From Eledone cirrhosa (Eukaryota): a stretch of 64,000 bases of DNA. Within the stretch, counting starts at the first letter, position 1. Every line of letters starts with the position of its first letter. The notes beneath the pieces were generated by a model. The model searched no databases. It saw only the letters and a list, made by a program, of their open reading frames with translations, and was not told where the DNA came from. The stretch covers positions 1,550,001 through 1,614,000 of the forward strand of contig OZ024747.1 of NCBI GenBank assembly GCA_964016885.1. Reading direction: 5' to 3'. The position numbers and the translations under genes were made by a program. Below are positions 26,969 through 39,979 of the stretch, in pieces.

Positions 26969-28729
26969 GGTGCAGTCATCGATGGTACTGCCAGTACAGT
27001 AGCAATTGGTGCACATAAGTCTGTCCTTATTGGTCAACTCCATGCAGTCTGAATGCACTATTGGTCAGTGAATCTAATCAGAGGTCACCTGCCTCACATT
27101 GTCCATTGGTTTAAGGTGTTTTAAATAGTGAGGAAGAAACTGATTGTTAGTATTAAGGCTTCTACTCCTTTTGACATCTTTAAAATTTGGGATCACACAA
27201 GAGTTAACGAGGGAGCTTTTTAGAAATATCTTGACTGGTCACTGTAGCAGCCAAATCCGTTTCTGTCTTAAAAATGTTAAAATCAGATGAGACAGGGAGC
27301 AGTATACTGACCTGCTATATGCCTTTCAACAAACTTCTTGGTCTTTTTAAAATAAGGGCCACATGATCAAGTGAGGCAATTCACACTTTAGCACTTGATC
27401 TACTCAGTGGAGCTCCCTCCCACAATAATCTCCCTACAGCTGTCATTTAAATGAGGGAGCTGCTCTTCTGTCTTTTGAAGCCAACCTCACTTTGAAGTAC
27501 TATATCCAGGACAACATGCTGCAAACAATAAGGATTGATAACAATCACCAATGTATGTGCCATGGGGGCATTGATCAGAGCTACCCAACAATATGACCGA
27601 ACTATATCCCACTCCTTCCTTGTATGACAATCAAACCACTGCCAGGTTTGAACCTAGTTACAGCACAAAGCTCTGAATCAACGCTCCCCTACCTCCAAAC
27701 TGTACTGGCTGCACCATCACTTACTAGGCTGTATAGTTTTGAGCTGAACGGGTTTATGAGAATTCTTAATGTTTCTCTTTAAAGCCCAGCACTCTGTGTT
27801 TTTTAGCTGGAGAAAGAGATACTCTCGTGTCTGCCACTCCTCTAAACAATTTCTTTAATGTGAGTGTTGACCACAGAGTGGAGAAATCCCTAATTTATTT
27901 CAAGACCCAGGATCTTGATGTTCACAGGACTAGGAAAAATAAAGGAGAGGACCTGTACACCAATTGAGAATAGGTCTTCCAGAGATAGAGGAAAAATTTG
28001 GTTGTATGAGGTATAATTCTCAGGTGGGATGTCTAGGAAAGAAAGAGATGGGTCAGAGATAGGATGTTAGTTACAGCAATCAATAAACAAGGACACAACT
28101 TGGTGAATAAGGAACTGTTTAGTTATACGATGGTGAGGGTTGAAACAGCTTTTATAACTGTGGAACAGGACCAGATTGTGATGGTTGATATGGAACAGTG
28201 TAACACAGATTGAAGATGGTGGTGGTGCTGCTGGTGGTTTAACTGATTGCTGACTTTCTCTTAAATCTTAAATAATATTTTAATGATTGGAGAAAGAGAA
28301 AAAAAACTAAAACAACATAAAGAAAACAGACTGTCAAATAAGTACAAAGGACTGAGAATTCTAATGAAAACAGCCAAACAGTACCTTTTTTTTGTTCTTT
28401 GAGATGTAAACAATTTCAGAAATGAAAATTATTTTATCAACAGATGGTGGCATGTAGAAAAACTCTTGGAATTAAAAACCAGTTCTTTACCAATAATTAT
28501 CACTGTCCTTCAAATTAAACCTTATTTACCCTTAAATCAAACCCTACCTAAAAACCAAAAAAGGGAAGGATACATTGGCTAATGTAGTCTTAGATATACA
28601 AAAATCTGGGATGATCATGGCAGGACTACTTTTGGTCATAGGTCGACTCATTGAGATGAAACCTGATGCTAAACAGTAACAACTACTGCAACAGTAAACT
28701 ACTGAGGAAATTTCAAAGCAAAAAGGCAG

Positions 28730-28900
28730 CGTTTGCTTGAAATACTAGCCAAATATCCCTCAAATCACAGAGCTGCCATCACAAAAGATAAGAACATTAT
28801 GTTGTCCAAAATACATTAAATGATAAAATGGTCATGGCTGGAATGTCTTTGATAATAGAACAACTGAATTAAAGCTGATTTGCAACTAAAAACAACAATT
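28730..28900 (+). mobile_element. Dispersed repeat family D (gcttgaaata..agccaaat..ccctcaaatcac ... ggatggtcatggctggaatgtctttgat ... ctaaacaacaac)
   Basis: Degenerate copies at ~1-105, 1560-1625, 28540-28690, 29085-29190(-), 29430-29530(-), 36575-36750(-) and 58780-58900. Confidence 0.6.
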
Positions 28901-29789
28901 GTTTAACTACAACATATTGTAAAACTATTTGATAGAGATGACCCTATGGCACTTGTGGACTTTAAAATCAGAATCAGACAGTTGGGCCACTACAAAGTGG
29001 ACTTGAGAAATGGAAAGAGAAAGAAATATTTCGGGATTTTTCTTTCATTAAGTTTATGTTGCTTACTTGCCTATTTCATTGCTGTTGTTGTTTAACCCCA
29101 GGTCTGTGCTGATCTCACAGGCCTCATGAACTGTGGTCTTGCTGTAACTTATTTCTAGTTATAATTCATCTAAGACTACATTATCCATCTCCATTCTGAG
29201 TTCAAATTCTGCCATGGTCCACTTTGCCTTTCATCCTTTCAAGGTTGATAAAGCAACAGCCCATTGCTGGTACATATCTCTTTCCTTCCAGCTGTCACAT
29301 CCTAGATACTCTGTTGGATCAAAGATGGGAGGATTGAGAGGGTGTCATTACACAACACTGCATGGACACCCAAAACAGTGAAAGTATGGTATGTACTATT
29401 AAGTTATACTTCATTACAAGTGACAGTTGTAGTAACTACATTATCAAATGTGTCTTTCCATCTTATTAAAATGATAGGGTGTGATTTGAGGGTGTATTTC
29501 TTACTATTTCTTGCATGTTGAGCAGCAATGTGGAGGTTTCCTTATGAGATAATATTTCATTGTTGAGAGTCTGGAGGTGGATATATCATGGCTGTTCTGT
29601 AGGAGGATCATACATGATGTCTTTAATATTTTAATAACAGAAAGAAGAAAATACAGAGTTGATTGTGCAAGGAACTAAATATTTGGGGTTCTAACTACAC
29701 CTTTGACACTGTGTGGGCTTATTGTACAGGGCCCATTATTCAAAATACCTTAGTTTCCCACACTAAGCGGTGTTTCTTCCTTAAAGAAG

Positions 29790-29995
29790 TCTTTCTACAA
29801 TCGTAGCTTTTTTCCCTCCAACTGCCAAACTTTGGAACACTCTTCCATCTCATTGTTTTCCTCCTTCTTATCACCTGAACTCTTTCAAATTAAAAATAAA
29901 TTCATTCCTTCCATCATATCTTCTTCATAGCCCCCCCCCCCCCCTGCTACACTAAGTGGCTTCACACCTTGTTTGGGACTTTAAAGATAAATAAA
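29790..29995 (+). mobile_element. L2/CR1-group LINE 3' fragment
   Basis: Reads FFPPTAKLWNTLPSHCFPPSYHLNSFKLKIN, the conserved ORF2 C-terminal WNxLP motif. Confidence 0.65.
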
Positions 29996-30413
29996 CAGAG
30001 ATGGTGATTATAAGTAGACCCAGTTCATCATCATCATTTAACGTCCTTTTTCCATGCTAGCATGGGTTAGACAGTTGTCCCATTAGGGGCATATCAGGTC
30101 AGGTGACTGTGTCTTGCTCATACAGAACTGTTTCTGGCTTGGTTTCTATGGCTGGATGCCCCTCCTAATGCCAACCACATTTACAGTGTGTACTGGGTGT
30201 TTTTTGTTATGACACCTACACAACAACTTTACAGTGTGGACTGGGTGCTTTTTGTAGTTAATACCTATATGAAGGCAACTAGACTATTCAATATAGTCAT
30301 TGAGATGCTGAAATTATCCTGTAAAATAGGACATGTATTTGTCACTTGTATAGTCCGAGAAGCATAATAAAGAGGTGTCATAGCCAGTGACTAGTGTAGC
30401 AAGAGCAGTGGTA

Positions 30414-30550
30414 GCATCAAGAGCAGGAGATGCTGTAGCAGCAGCAGTAGCATCAAGAGCAGGAGATGCTGTAGCAGCAGCAGTAGCATCAAGAGCAGGA
30501 GATGCTGTAGCAGCAGCAATAGTAACAAAGGCAAAGGAGATGCTGTAGCA
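30414..30550. repeat. 36-bp tandem repeat x3-4
   Basis: Unit GCATCAAGAGCAGGAGATGCTGTAGCAGCAGCAGTA. Confidence 0.85.
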
Positions 30551-30689
30551 AAAAGTAACTAGCGAGGCATCAAACTGACAGATGTTTTAGTATAACTAGT
30601 TAGGAAGAAAAGTAGCTTAGATGAGATACTATTGAGATTTGTGCCAAGATGGGATAACATGGCCTTTTCCGTGGGACAGCTACAGAAGT

Positions 30690-31235
30690 GTTTAGTGCCC
30701 AGGTATGTGTTCCTTAAGGCTTGATTTTCAGATATCTCCTCTTTATTATAGCTCTTCAGGCCATAACAGAGGAGTTCAAGGCCAACTGCCTATTGGAACT
30801 TCTCTATGTAGATGACCTAGTTATTATAGCTAAATCTCAAAGATTTGAAGAAATTCCAAATGTGGAAGCAATGCCTTAGTATTGGGAGGCTTCAAAATAA
30901 ACTTTGCAAGGAAGAATATTTGCCTCTCCTGGGGAAGTAACTGTACTCAACATACAGAGATGATGTAGGTAGGAATTTCATAGACTGTAGCTCATGTAAA
31001 TTATGGATGTACAAGAGGTGCAGTGGGATCACAGGCAGGTTGACAAATAAAAAAACACTTGTATATGACAGATGCACATTAGTAGTTAATAACATTTTTC
31101 AGATGATCCTTAGTAGTTGATAGCTTCTGTTACCTAGGTGACCTAATTAGCAGCGAGAGTAACAAAAATGAGGAAATATTTCAGGGAGTTATCTCTACTG
31201 ACAACAAAGGGATTCTCTTTCTGAGTCATAGATGG
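30690..31235 (+). mobile_element. RTE-clade LINE reverse-transcriptase fragment (decayed)
   Basis: LLFIIALQAITEEFK...ELLYVDDLVIIA (YxDD motif), followed by a Cys-rich segment (CSSCKLWMYKRCSGITGRL) and VDSFCYLGDLIS. Confidence 0.8.
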
Positions 31236-31357
31236 TAAGAGTTGGATAAAAGAGGGAACTAGGAGATCTTGGTAAAAGGAAGCCATGGAAGGGAAAGATC
31301 AAGTAAGTTATGGGAAGAAGTAGGGAGTTGATTAATGAGAGGCAGAACACCATGAAG

Positions 31358-32405
31358 AAGATAAGGGACCACATGTAGGGAGGAACTGTACTGGAGGAGA
31401 TAAGGGACCACATGTAGAGAGGAACTGTACTGGAGGAGATAAGGGACCACATATAGAGAGGAACTGTGCTGGAGGAAATAAGGGACTAGATGTAGGGAGG
31501 AACTGTACTGGAGGAGATAAGGGACTAGATGTAGAGAGGAACTATACTGGAGGAGATAAGGGACTAGATGTAGGGAGGAACTGTACTGGAGGAGATAAGG
31601 GACCATATGTAGAGAGGAACTGTACTGGAGATAAGGGACTAGATGTAGAGAGGAACTGTACTGGAAGAGATAAGGGACCACATGTAGAGAGGAACTGTAC
31701 TGGAGGAGATAAGGGACTAGATGTAGGGAGGAACTGTACTGGAGGAGATAAGGGACCACATGTAGAGAGGAACTGTACTGGAGGAGATAAGGGACTAAAT
31801 GTAGGGAGGAACTGTACTGGAGGAGATAAGGGACCACATGTAGAGAGGAACTGTACTGGAGGAGATAAGGGACTAAATGTAGGGAGGAACTGTACTGGAG
31901 GAGATAAGGGACTAGATGTAGAGAGAAACTGTACTGGAGATGATGTAGGGAGGAACTGTACTAGAGGAGATAAGGGACTAGATGTAGGGAGGAGATAAGG
32001 GACCAGATGTAGGGAGGAACTGTACTGGAGGAGATAAGGGACTAGATGTAGAGAGGAACTGTACTGGAGGAGATAAGGGACTAAATGTAGGGAGGAACTG
32101 TACTGGAGGAGATAAGGGACTAGATGTAGAGAGAAACTGTACTGGAGATGATGTAGGGAGGAACTGTACTAGAGGAGATAAGGGACTAGATGTAGGGAGG
32201 AGATAAGGGACCAGATGTAGGGAGGAACTGTACTGGAGGAGATAAGGGACTAGATGTAGAGAGGAACTGTACTGGAGGAGATAAGGGACTAGATGTAGAG
32301 AGGAACTGTACTGGAGGAGATAAGGGACTAAATGTAGGGAGGAACTGTACTGGAGGAGATAAGGGACGAGATGTAGGGAGGAACTGTACTGGAGGAGATA
32401 AGGCA
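31358..32405. repeat. 39-bp purine-rich minisatellite, about 27 copies, with a higher-order duplication
   Basis: Unit GGAGATAAGGGAC(T/C)A(G/C)ATGTAG(A/G)GAGGAACTGTACTGGA. The same run of deleted units recurs at ~31920-32000 and ~32130-32210. Confidence 0.95.
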
Positions 32406-32850
32406 CCATCGTATGTGTGTATGTTTAATATTATACATACCCAGAGAGGACCCAATAAAAGTATTTCATATATATATATAAAATCAAAACTATATATAGA
32501 GAGAGCTAGGGTAATGACCCCTTTCGGGCACTAATGACCATAGGATTTGCACCTAGAAAGTTTCCTTCTGAGGCACAAGTCTAGGCATGGTTGAGAAAGA
32601 CCAGTAGTCTCCCATGTATACCAGTTGCCCCCTCTTCATGCCACTAATGTTGTCCAATGGAAACGCAATGGCCTATACAGCTTGGTACCAGTGACGTCGC
32701 TACTCATATCTACACCTGGGTAAACTGGAGCAACGTGAAATAAAGTGTCTTGCTTAAGGGCACAACACACCACCCGGTCCAAGAATCGAACTCTCAACCT
32801 CACGGTTGAGGTTGCACACACACGCAGACACATATATAAATCATTATTTA

Positions 32851-33285
32851 TGTGGATTGGCCTTGTGCCTAAAGTAGAAACAATTATTTATGTGGATTGG
32901 CAGTATCAGTAGAGGGTCGGAAGCCATGCTTTCCAGCATAGTTACGTCCCTTTGCGATCTGAGTTCAAATCCCGCCGAGGTTAACTTTGCCTTTCATCCT
33001 TACGGGGTCGATAAAATAAAGTACCAGTAATGCACTGGGTATTTGCTGGCCTTGTGCCTAAAGTAGAAACAATTATTTATATTTTGCGGTGGATTGGCAG
33101 TATCGGTAGAGGGTCGGACGCCATGCTTTCTAGCATAGTTACGTCCCTTTACAGTATGAGTTCAAATCCCGCCGAGGTTAACTTTGCCTTTCATCTTTAC
33201 GGGGTCGATAAAATAAAGTACCAGTAATGTACTGGTTAATTGCTGGCCTTGTGCCTAAAGTAGAAACAATTATTTATATTTTGCG
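32851..33285 (+). mobile_element. tRNA-derived SINE family A: one internally deleted copy + two full tandem copies
   Basis: A box TGGCAGTATCGG, B box GAGTTCAAATCC, body gcctttcatccttacggggtcgataaaataaagtaccag, end ggccttgtgcctaaagtagaaacaatt. Confidence 0.85.
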
Positions 33286-33386
33286 ATTGTATTTCGTTAA
33301 GATTGAAACGGACGTAGAAATTAATAAAATGATTTGAATATATATATATATATATATTCAAATCATTTTATTATATATATATTTAT

Positions 33387-33531
33387 GGCATACATGACTT
33401 TTAACGGTCTGAAAAATGAAAGTAAATTTATTTTCATTTTCGAACGTCGTGTTTACATTTTGTGTGTGTTTAGATCTAAATTAGTTACTGAGATTAAAGA
33501 CAGAATCAGGGCCTCTGTCGTTTTAACTGAT

Positions 33532-33576
<45 letters not shown>

Positions 33577-34001
33577 TTGACAGTTGAGAGAAGAGTACTC
33601 AATACCGAAGTAATCTTGTAAGGAGACTTGCAGAATGGGGAGTCCGCCATTCTGGATGCTGCTGCCTTGTAGAAGTCCCAAATCGAAGCGGTGACACTCT
33701 CGTCCCCATCATTCATCAGGGATTTTTCCAGGCAACCGCATCACCTCCGATGGTTGGGCTTCCTATTCGGAAATTGAGGAAATTGAAGGTGGGATTTACG
33801 TTCATGATGTGGTGCACGAACGGGACTTTGTAGATCCTGCGGACCCTGATGTGCACACACAGCTCATAGAAAACACATGGAGCCGTGCAAAGAAGAAGCT
33901 TCGTCGCCAGCATGATTCCTTTAAACACAAAATGTAAACACGACGTTCGAAAATGAAAATAAATTTACTTTCATTATTGCGACCGCTAAAAGTCATGTAT
34001 G

Positions 34002-34003
<2 letters not shown>
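33387..34003 (+). mobile_element. Merlin (IS1595/ISXO2-like) DNA transposon, internally deleted
   Basis: About 80-bp TIRs starting GGCATACATGACTTTTA. Internal 33666-33916 reads LVEVPNRSGDTLVPII/(frameshift)/PGNRITSDGWASY...VVHERDFVDPADPDVHTQLIENTWSRAKKK, matching the C-terminal half of the IS1595-family DDE domain. Confidence 0.85.
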
Positions 34004-34048
<45 letters not shown>

Positions 34049-34584
34049 GTGTGTGTGTGTGTGTGCTGAGGACTAACAGGCTAGAGAGTTACGTCCCTCT
34101 ACAAAATACCTGTGCTTACGTACAGACGAGAATTGTAGATGCGGCTTTATTTTTCCTTTTCATGACGAGCAACAATTTTTACTTCTTTTTCTCTTCTTGT
34201 CACATCGTATTAACATAACTCTCTACACTTTATACACATAATATATACATCTCTATATATTTCTGCTAATTTGTGGTATATAAAGATGATTTCTTTTAAA
34301 CATATGAAGCAAATGCAGGACGTCAACTAAGAAACGATATTTACTTGCTACGAGCCCGTTTAGTGGGTGTGTGTTGCTTTTCTAATAATTGGTGCGTTTG
34401 AATACTACTAACAATTACCTCCCTTTAGTATGTGTTTATTATCTCCTCCTCTTCTGTCTGGGTGAACACAGCGTAAAGTACCGTTAACTCTACCGGTGTC
34501 CACCAGGCGTCAGTAGTACACCAGTCCCACACATATTGAACCACTGACAAACACGGATTGTTGCCCACCTGCCAAACACTGAAG

Positions 34585-34807
34585 ATGTTCTACAGAAACA
34601 GCACGCCAACAACAATGTGTCTCTGTCGACAGACACTCTCTACACTTCTGGTCCTCACATCTTTAATACTCATCCTCCTTATCTGGTCGACGGCACCGCT
34701 AGTGTCGGCGTCCGTACCTCGGCTCAGATTCGAGTACAAACTCAGTTTTAAAGGGCCACATCTCATACAAAAGGACAAAAGCATACCGTTCTGGGAATAC
34801 GGCGGAG
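34585..34807 (+). CDS. LMAN1: ERGIC-53 / LMAN1 exon 1 (signal peptide + start of L-type lectin domain)
   Basis: Hydrophobic signal LLVLTSLILILLIWSTAPLVSA followed by RFEYKLSFKGPHLIQKDKSIPFWEYGG. Donor G|GTAAGT, phase 1. The start codon could instead be the downstream ATG (MCLCRQ). Confidence 0.93.
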
Positions 34808-35247
34808 GTAAGTGGTTGTTTCACGTATATTCACACTCACATATGTGTCTTTCTGTGTTTCTATTTATGTATGCATTTATTTGTGTAAGTGTATATGTAA
34901 TCTTGTAGTCGTAAACAAGCCAAGTGTTTAAGCTATTCACTTCGTAATCAAGAGGACTCGGGTGAGATCCTATTGCGTGGCATCGTGGGCAAATTTTTTT
35001 TTTTAATGTAGCCCTAGGTCGACCCATGCCTTGTGAGTGATTTAGTGTAGACGGATACTATTCGGAAATATGTCGGATGGATTATACTTATAATTCGAAG
35101 GTTAACCCTTTGTCATATATTGTGTCACGTTTATTGGTATATATATGTCTGTGGAATACACAACTATTCGGTGAGTAGGCAGATCAGTTGATATCGAACA
35201 ACTTAAATGAATACTCATCGTCGGAAGCGACAGCGATCCAATTACTA

Positions 35248-35291
<44 letters not shown>

Positions 35292-35770
35292 AAGGAGTCG
35301 AAGTTAGTGTTGCAGCATATGTGCAAACTTTATTATCAGCTCAAGGTGATGGGACTTGACTCTTTTTCGACATCTCATCAGATATGCGGCTTATATGTGC
35401 AACGATACATCTAAACACTATATATATATACACACAATCAAATGTGTATGTACATGTATGTATATATGTATACGTGTGTGTGATAAAGAGAGGATGAGCT
35501 TGTTCTGTCGTTTGTTTATAGTAATTCCTACTCTCCATACTGTTAGACTCCGTCTATATATCTATCTTTCTACTCAAACATTATAGTATGTCCTTTTTCC
35601 GCACGGAAACGGATTTAAAAAAAAATTAATTTTGCTTTGTTGGATCCTGATTTGAACCCCTTATCTCTGCATCTCTCCCTGGTACACCTTTCTGCTATAT
35701 TACACTCCATCACAACATTTAACTAGTTTTATTGGGTTTTCTTTATAAGTATTCTCTCCTGTAATTCATT

Positions 35771-36378
35771 CTATGTCTTCGGTGGTGGTGGTGTAGTGTG
35801 GGGTCACTTATGTCTTTGGTGGTGGTGGTGGTGGTGTAGTGTGGGGTCACTTATGTCTTTGGTGGTGGTGGTGGTGGTGTAGTGTGGGGTCACTTATGTC
35901 TTTTGTGGTGGTGTAGTGTGGGGTCACTTATGTCTTTGGTGGTGGTGGTGGTGGTGTAGTGTGGGGTCACTTATGTCTTCGGTGGTGGTGGTGTAGTGTG
36001 GGGTCACTTATGTCTTTGGTGGTGGTGGTGGTGGTGTAGTGTGGGGTCACTTATGTCTTTTGTGGTGGTGTAGTGTGGGGTCACTTATGTCTTTGGTGGT
36101 GGTGGTGGTGGTGTAGTGTGGGGTCACTTATGTCTTCGGTGGTGGTGGTGTAGTGTGGGGTCACTTATGTCTTTTGTGGTGGTGTAGTGTGGGGTCACTT
36201 ATGTCTTTGGTGGTGGTGGTGTAGTGTGGAGTCACTTATGTCTTCGGTGGTGGTGGTGGTGGTGGTGGTGTAGTGTGGGGTCACTTATGTCTTCGGTGGT
36301 GGTGGTGTAGTGTGGGGTCACTTATGTCTTCGGTGGTGGTGGTGTAGTGTGGGGTCACTTATGTCTTTGGTGGTGGTA
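35771..36378. repeat. ~34-46-bp minisatellite, about 15 copies
   Basis: Unit (GGT)nGTAGTGTGGGGTCACTTATGTCTT(C/T). Confidence 0.95.
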
Positions 36379-37193
36379 GCCATATGGTGTGTGTTTGCTG
36401 TTGTATCGCTGGTGGTACTGGTGGCCATATGGTGTTAGGCTACTGTTAAATCTATGGTGATGACCACACCGTTTGGTTATCGGTTATTGTAGTGGTCATC
36501 TACCGTAGCTTATTCTCCGGCGGTAGTACACTCTGTAAGGTGGCATTAGTGATATTAAGAGACATTTAGTGATTAGCTTCAGGTCAGCTCTAATCTAATA
36601 ATAATAATATATCCTTGAAAGACATTCCCACCGTAGCCATCCCGTTTTTCCCGTTATGTCCGAGGAAGCTGACCACATCCAATGTGTCATTTATTAAGAC
36701 AATACGGTGTGTGATTTGAGGGATATATAGCTGCTATTTCTAGAAGGTCGAGTATTTTGTGGCTGGAGGTTGTGATGTGGACATATAACAACGTGTGTGT
36801 GTATGGAAGGGGAATTCTGATGACTGCACTGATGTCTCTAGCCTGTCTCCATTTTACACGTGTAGTCCTGCCACAACACATCACATTAACACCATCAGTC
36901 ACCAACAATTGCTCATCTCTCTTTATATATTCACACCTGTTCGTACAATATCCACCTATGCCCACACATACCAATAAACTGCTTGTATATACCCATGCAA
37001 ACACACATTTGAATAAGCATGTATATGAAACTCAGTTAACCATATCAATCATAACAAGAAACCAGCAGATATTGACAAACACCGGTTTTTCTTGCCATAT
37101 GGTAGCATAAACATGTACGCAAGCACACCCACATGGCTATCTGCCTCTGTCTGTGCGTCTGTGCACATAAATCTCTCTCTCTCTCTCTGTATG

Positions 37194-37254
<61 letters not shown>

Positions 37255-37382
37255 GTTCTATTAAGGCTAAATAGTGAGGAGTCCTGTTACTATGGAGTTT
37301 CGACTGTTTATCACGGGGGTCATCAGGCAGATATCGAGTACTGTTTTCTCTCAGCCGTCAACCACATACGGATGTGTGTGTG

Positions 37383-37457
<75 letters not shown>

Positions 37458-38127
37458 ATATAGATATATACATATATGCATACACTCGTCCGAGGTGCGT
37501 AAAGCAATCACGATATTTTGTCTGAGTTGCTTTTCAACACTTGATAATAACTGAAAGGGAATATTAGAGTTGGATGCAATCTCTCTGACTTAAAATAATA
37601 TTTAAGGAACGACTGAAAATAAGTAGGAAAAATTCCCACGTCACATAAAATATAAAATGAAGGAATGTCATTGTTAAGCTTAGGACAAATCGAAAGCCAA
37701 ACTTGTGTGTGTTTGTATATCATTATCCTCATCATTTTATGTCAATCTTCCATTCTGACATGGTTTGGACTGGTCTGAGAATCACGCTTTGTCCATACCT
37801 TCCATTTCTGGCCTGATTTCTACGGCTGGATGCCCTACCTCACCCAAGTCACTTTACAGGGACTAGCAGATGCATTTCTTTTTTATTGTGGCGGTAATTA
37901 AGTTTATGATGAATCTTGCGAGATTAAGAGGTTAGTCACTACCCAACATTGCCCCTGGAGGGGGTTGTGGAGTGAAGAGACAGAATGGGAGGGAGACGAG
38001 GGTTGTAGAAAAGACAGAAATGGGAGAATAGAGTGAGAGTATGGTTGAAGGGACTGTGGAAATGGGAGTACGTAGGGAGTACATATTTGTGTGTGTGTAT
38101 ATATAAAGATATATATTTATATATATC

Positions 38128-38400
38128 AGACCGGGTGATGTGTTGTTTCCTTGAGCAAGACACTTTATTTCACATTGCTCCAGTTTACTCAGCTGTAGAA
38201 ATGAGATGATAGAGACTGGGGTCCCTATCATTCCACTGCAAAGTGGTCGTGGAGGTGCCATGGCAAAAAAGCACCCAGCACTCACTGTAAATGAGGTTGG
38301 TGTTAGGAAGGGCATCCAGCTGTAGAAATCAAGCCAGAATCAGTTCCCGTCCCACCCTTGCAAGCAGGGAAAAGCGGACATAAAATGATGATGATGATGA
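38128..38400 (+). mobile_element. SINE family B composite copy, 5'-truncated
   Basis: Near-identical, inverted, to 59643-59915. The ORF-track peptides 37932..38315(-) and 59724..59963(+) agree almost residue for residue. Confidence 0.82.
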
Positions 38401-38740
38401 TTAGTATGTGAAGGTGAGGAATCAACACACTCGTTAAAACGTTGGATAGTATGTTTTCGTTCCGGCTCGGTACTCTGAGGAGCAATCCTGTTGAGGTTAT
38501 TATGGTTGATATATTTCCCTAGTGTCAGTGATATATACGATAATTGACTACCCAGTACACTCTGTAAGGTGGTTAGTGATAGAAGGGGCATCCAGCCATA
38601 GAAAACCTGCCAAACAAAGGGTGAGGATAACTGTTCAGCTATGCCAATGACATAACTTCCCTAGAGTTGGTACCATGATAAAATATACTCAATAGAGTGT
38701 GTATGTTAGTCTCCCAGCCCACACGGAGGTCAGAGGAATC

Positions 38741-39458
38741 ACTTCAGTACTGACCAGTCTGTGATAGGATGTCCAGCCATTGCTAACACTGGCTCTACTT
38801 CAGTACTGACCATTCTGTGATAGGATGTCCAGCCATTGCTAGCAGTGACTCTACTTCAGTACTGACCAGTCTGATAGGATGTCCAGCCATTGCTAACAGT
38901 GGCTCTACTTCAGTACTGACCAGTCTGTGATAGGATGACCAGCCATTGCTAACAGTGGCTCTACTTCAGTACTGACCAGTCTGTGATAGGATGTCCAGCC
39001 ATTGCTAACAGTGGCTCTACTTCAGTACTGACCAGTCTGTGATAGGATGTCCAGCCATTGCTAACAGTGGCTCTACTTCAGTACTGACCAGTCTTTGATA
39101 GGATGTTCAGCCATTGCTAACAGTGGCTCTACTTTAGTACTGACCAGTCTGTGATAGGATGTTCAGCCATTGCTAGCAGTGGCTCTACTTCAGTACTGAC
39201 CTGTCTGTGATAGGATGTTCAGCCATTGCTAACAGTGGCTCTACTTCAGTACTGACCAGTCTGTGATAGGATGTCCAGCCATTGCTAACAGTGGCTCTAC
39301 TTTAGTACTGACCAGTCTGTGGTAGGATGTCCAGCCATTGCTAGCAGTGGCTCTACTTCAGTACTGACCTGTCTGTGATAGGATGACCAGCCATTGCTAG
39401 CAGTGGCTCTACTTCAGTACTGACCATTCTGTGATAGGATGACCAGCCATTGCTAGCA
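38741..39458. repeat. 56-bp minisatellite, about 13 copies
   Basis: Unit ACTTCAGTACTGACCAGTCTGTGATAGGATGTCCAGCCATTGCTAACAGTGGCTCT. Confidence 0.96.
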
Positions 39459-39979
39459 GGGAAACACAGTAAATGATGTGAATCTCTTTGGGTTGATTGT
39501 GTTTTACAGAGGTAGCAGAGCCATTTGGTCAGTTGGCTTTGGCTGAAAAAGGCTGACCTGTGGTTAGTTGCTGTTGGGACACAAGTTTGAGCTATATCAA
39601 CTCTGACTGGGTCACTTGGGCTAAGGTGCATGATGTTAAAAGACTGGAAACACTGAATAACTCCCAGGTCCCATCACTGGTGATGTGTCACAACTCATCT
39701 ACAATGATGTCTTGCACTTTCACATATAAATCACATGAATAATGAAGAGATGAAGGTGATGGCAAGTGGTAAAACATGTGATGATGGCAAGTGGTAAAAC
39801 ATGTGATGATGGCAAGTGGTAAAACGTGGTGAGAAGCAAAGATGAAGAAAATAGCTGAGTGTAGGAAGAGTGTTGGAGTAAACTTCATAAGATGAATGAC
39901 TGGGTGGGTACATTGCAAATGTGGTATGATGGGATTATTAAATAATGTGGCAGTTACATTTAAGTGTAAAGGGTGTAGG

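Noticed and set aside
34317-34395. GACGTCA and ATTGG upstream of LMAN1 as an ERSE/ERSE-II element
   Set aside because: ATTGG is not followed by N-CCACG and the ERSE spacing is not met. Isolated short motifs are expected by chance.
38741-39458. Regular direct repeats resembling CRISPR arrays (also 26731, 46483, 62106)
   Set aside because: Units are contiguous with no unique spacers, there are no cas genes, and the context is eukaryotic.
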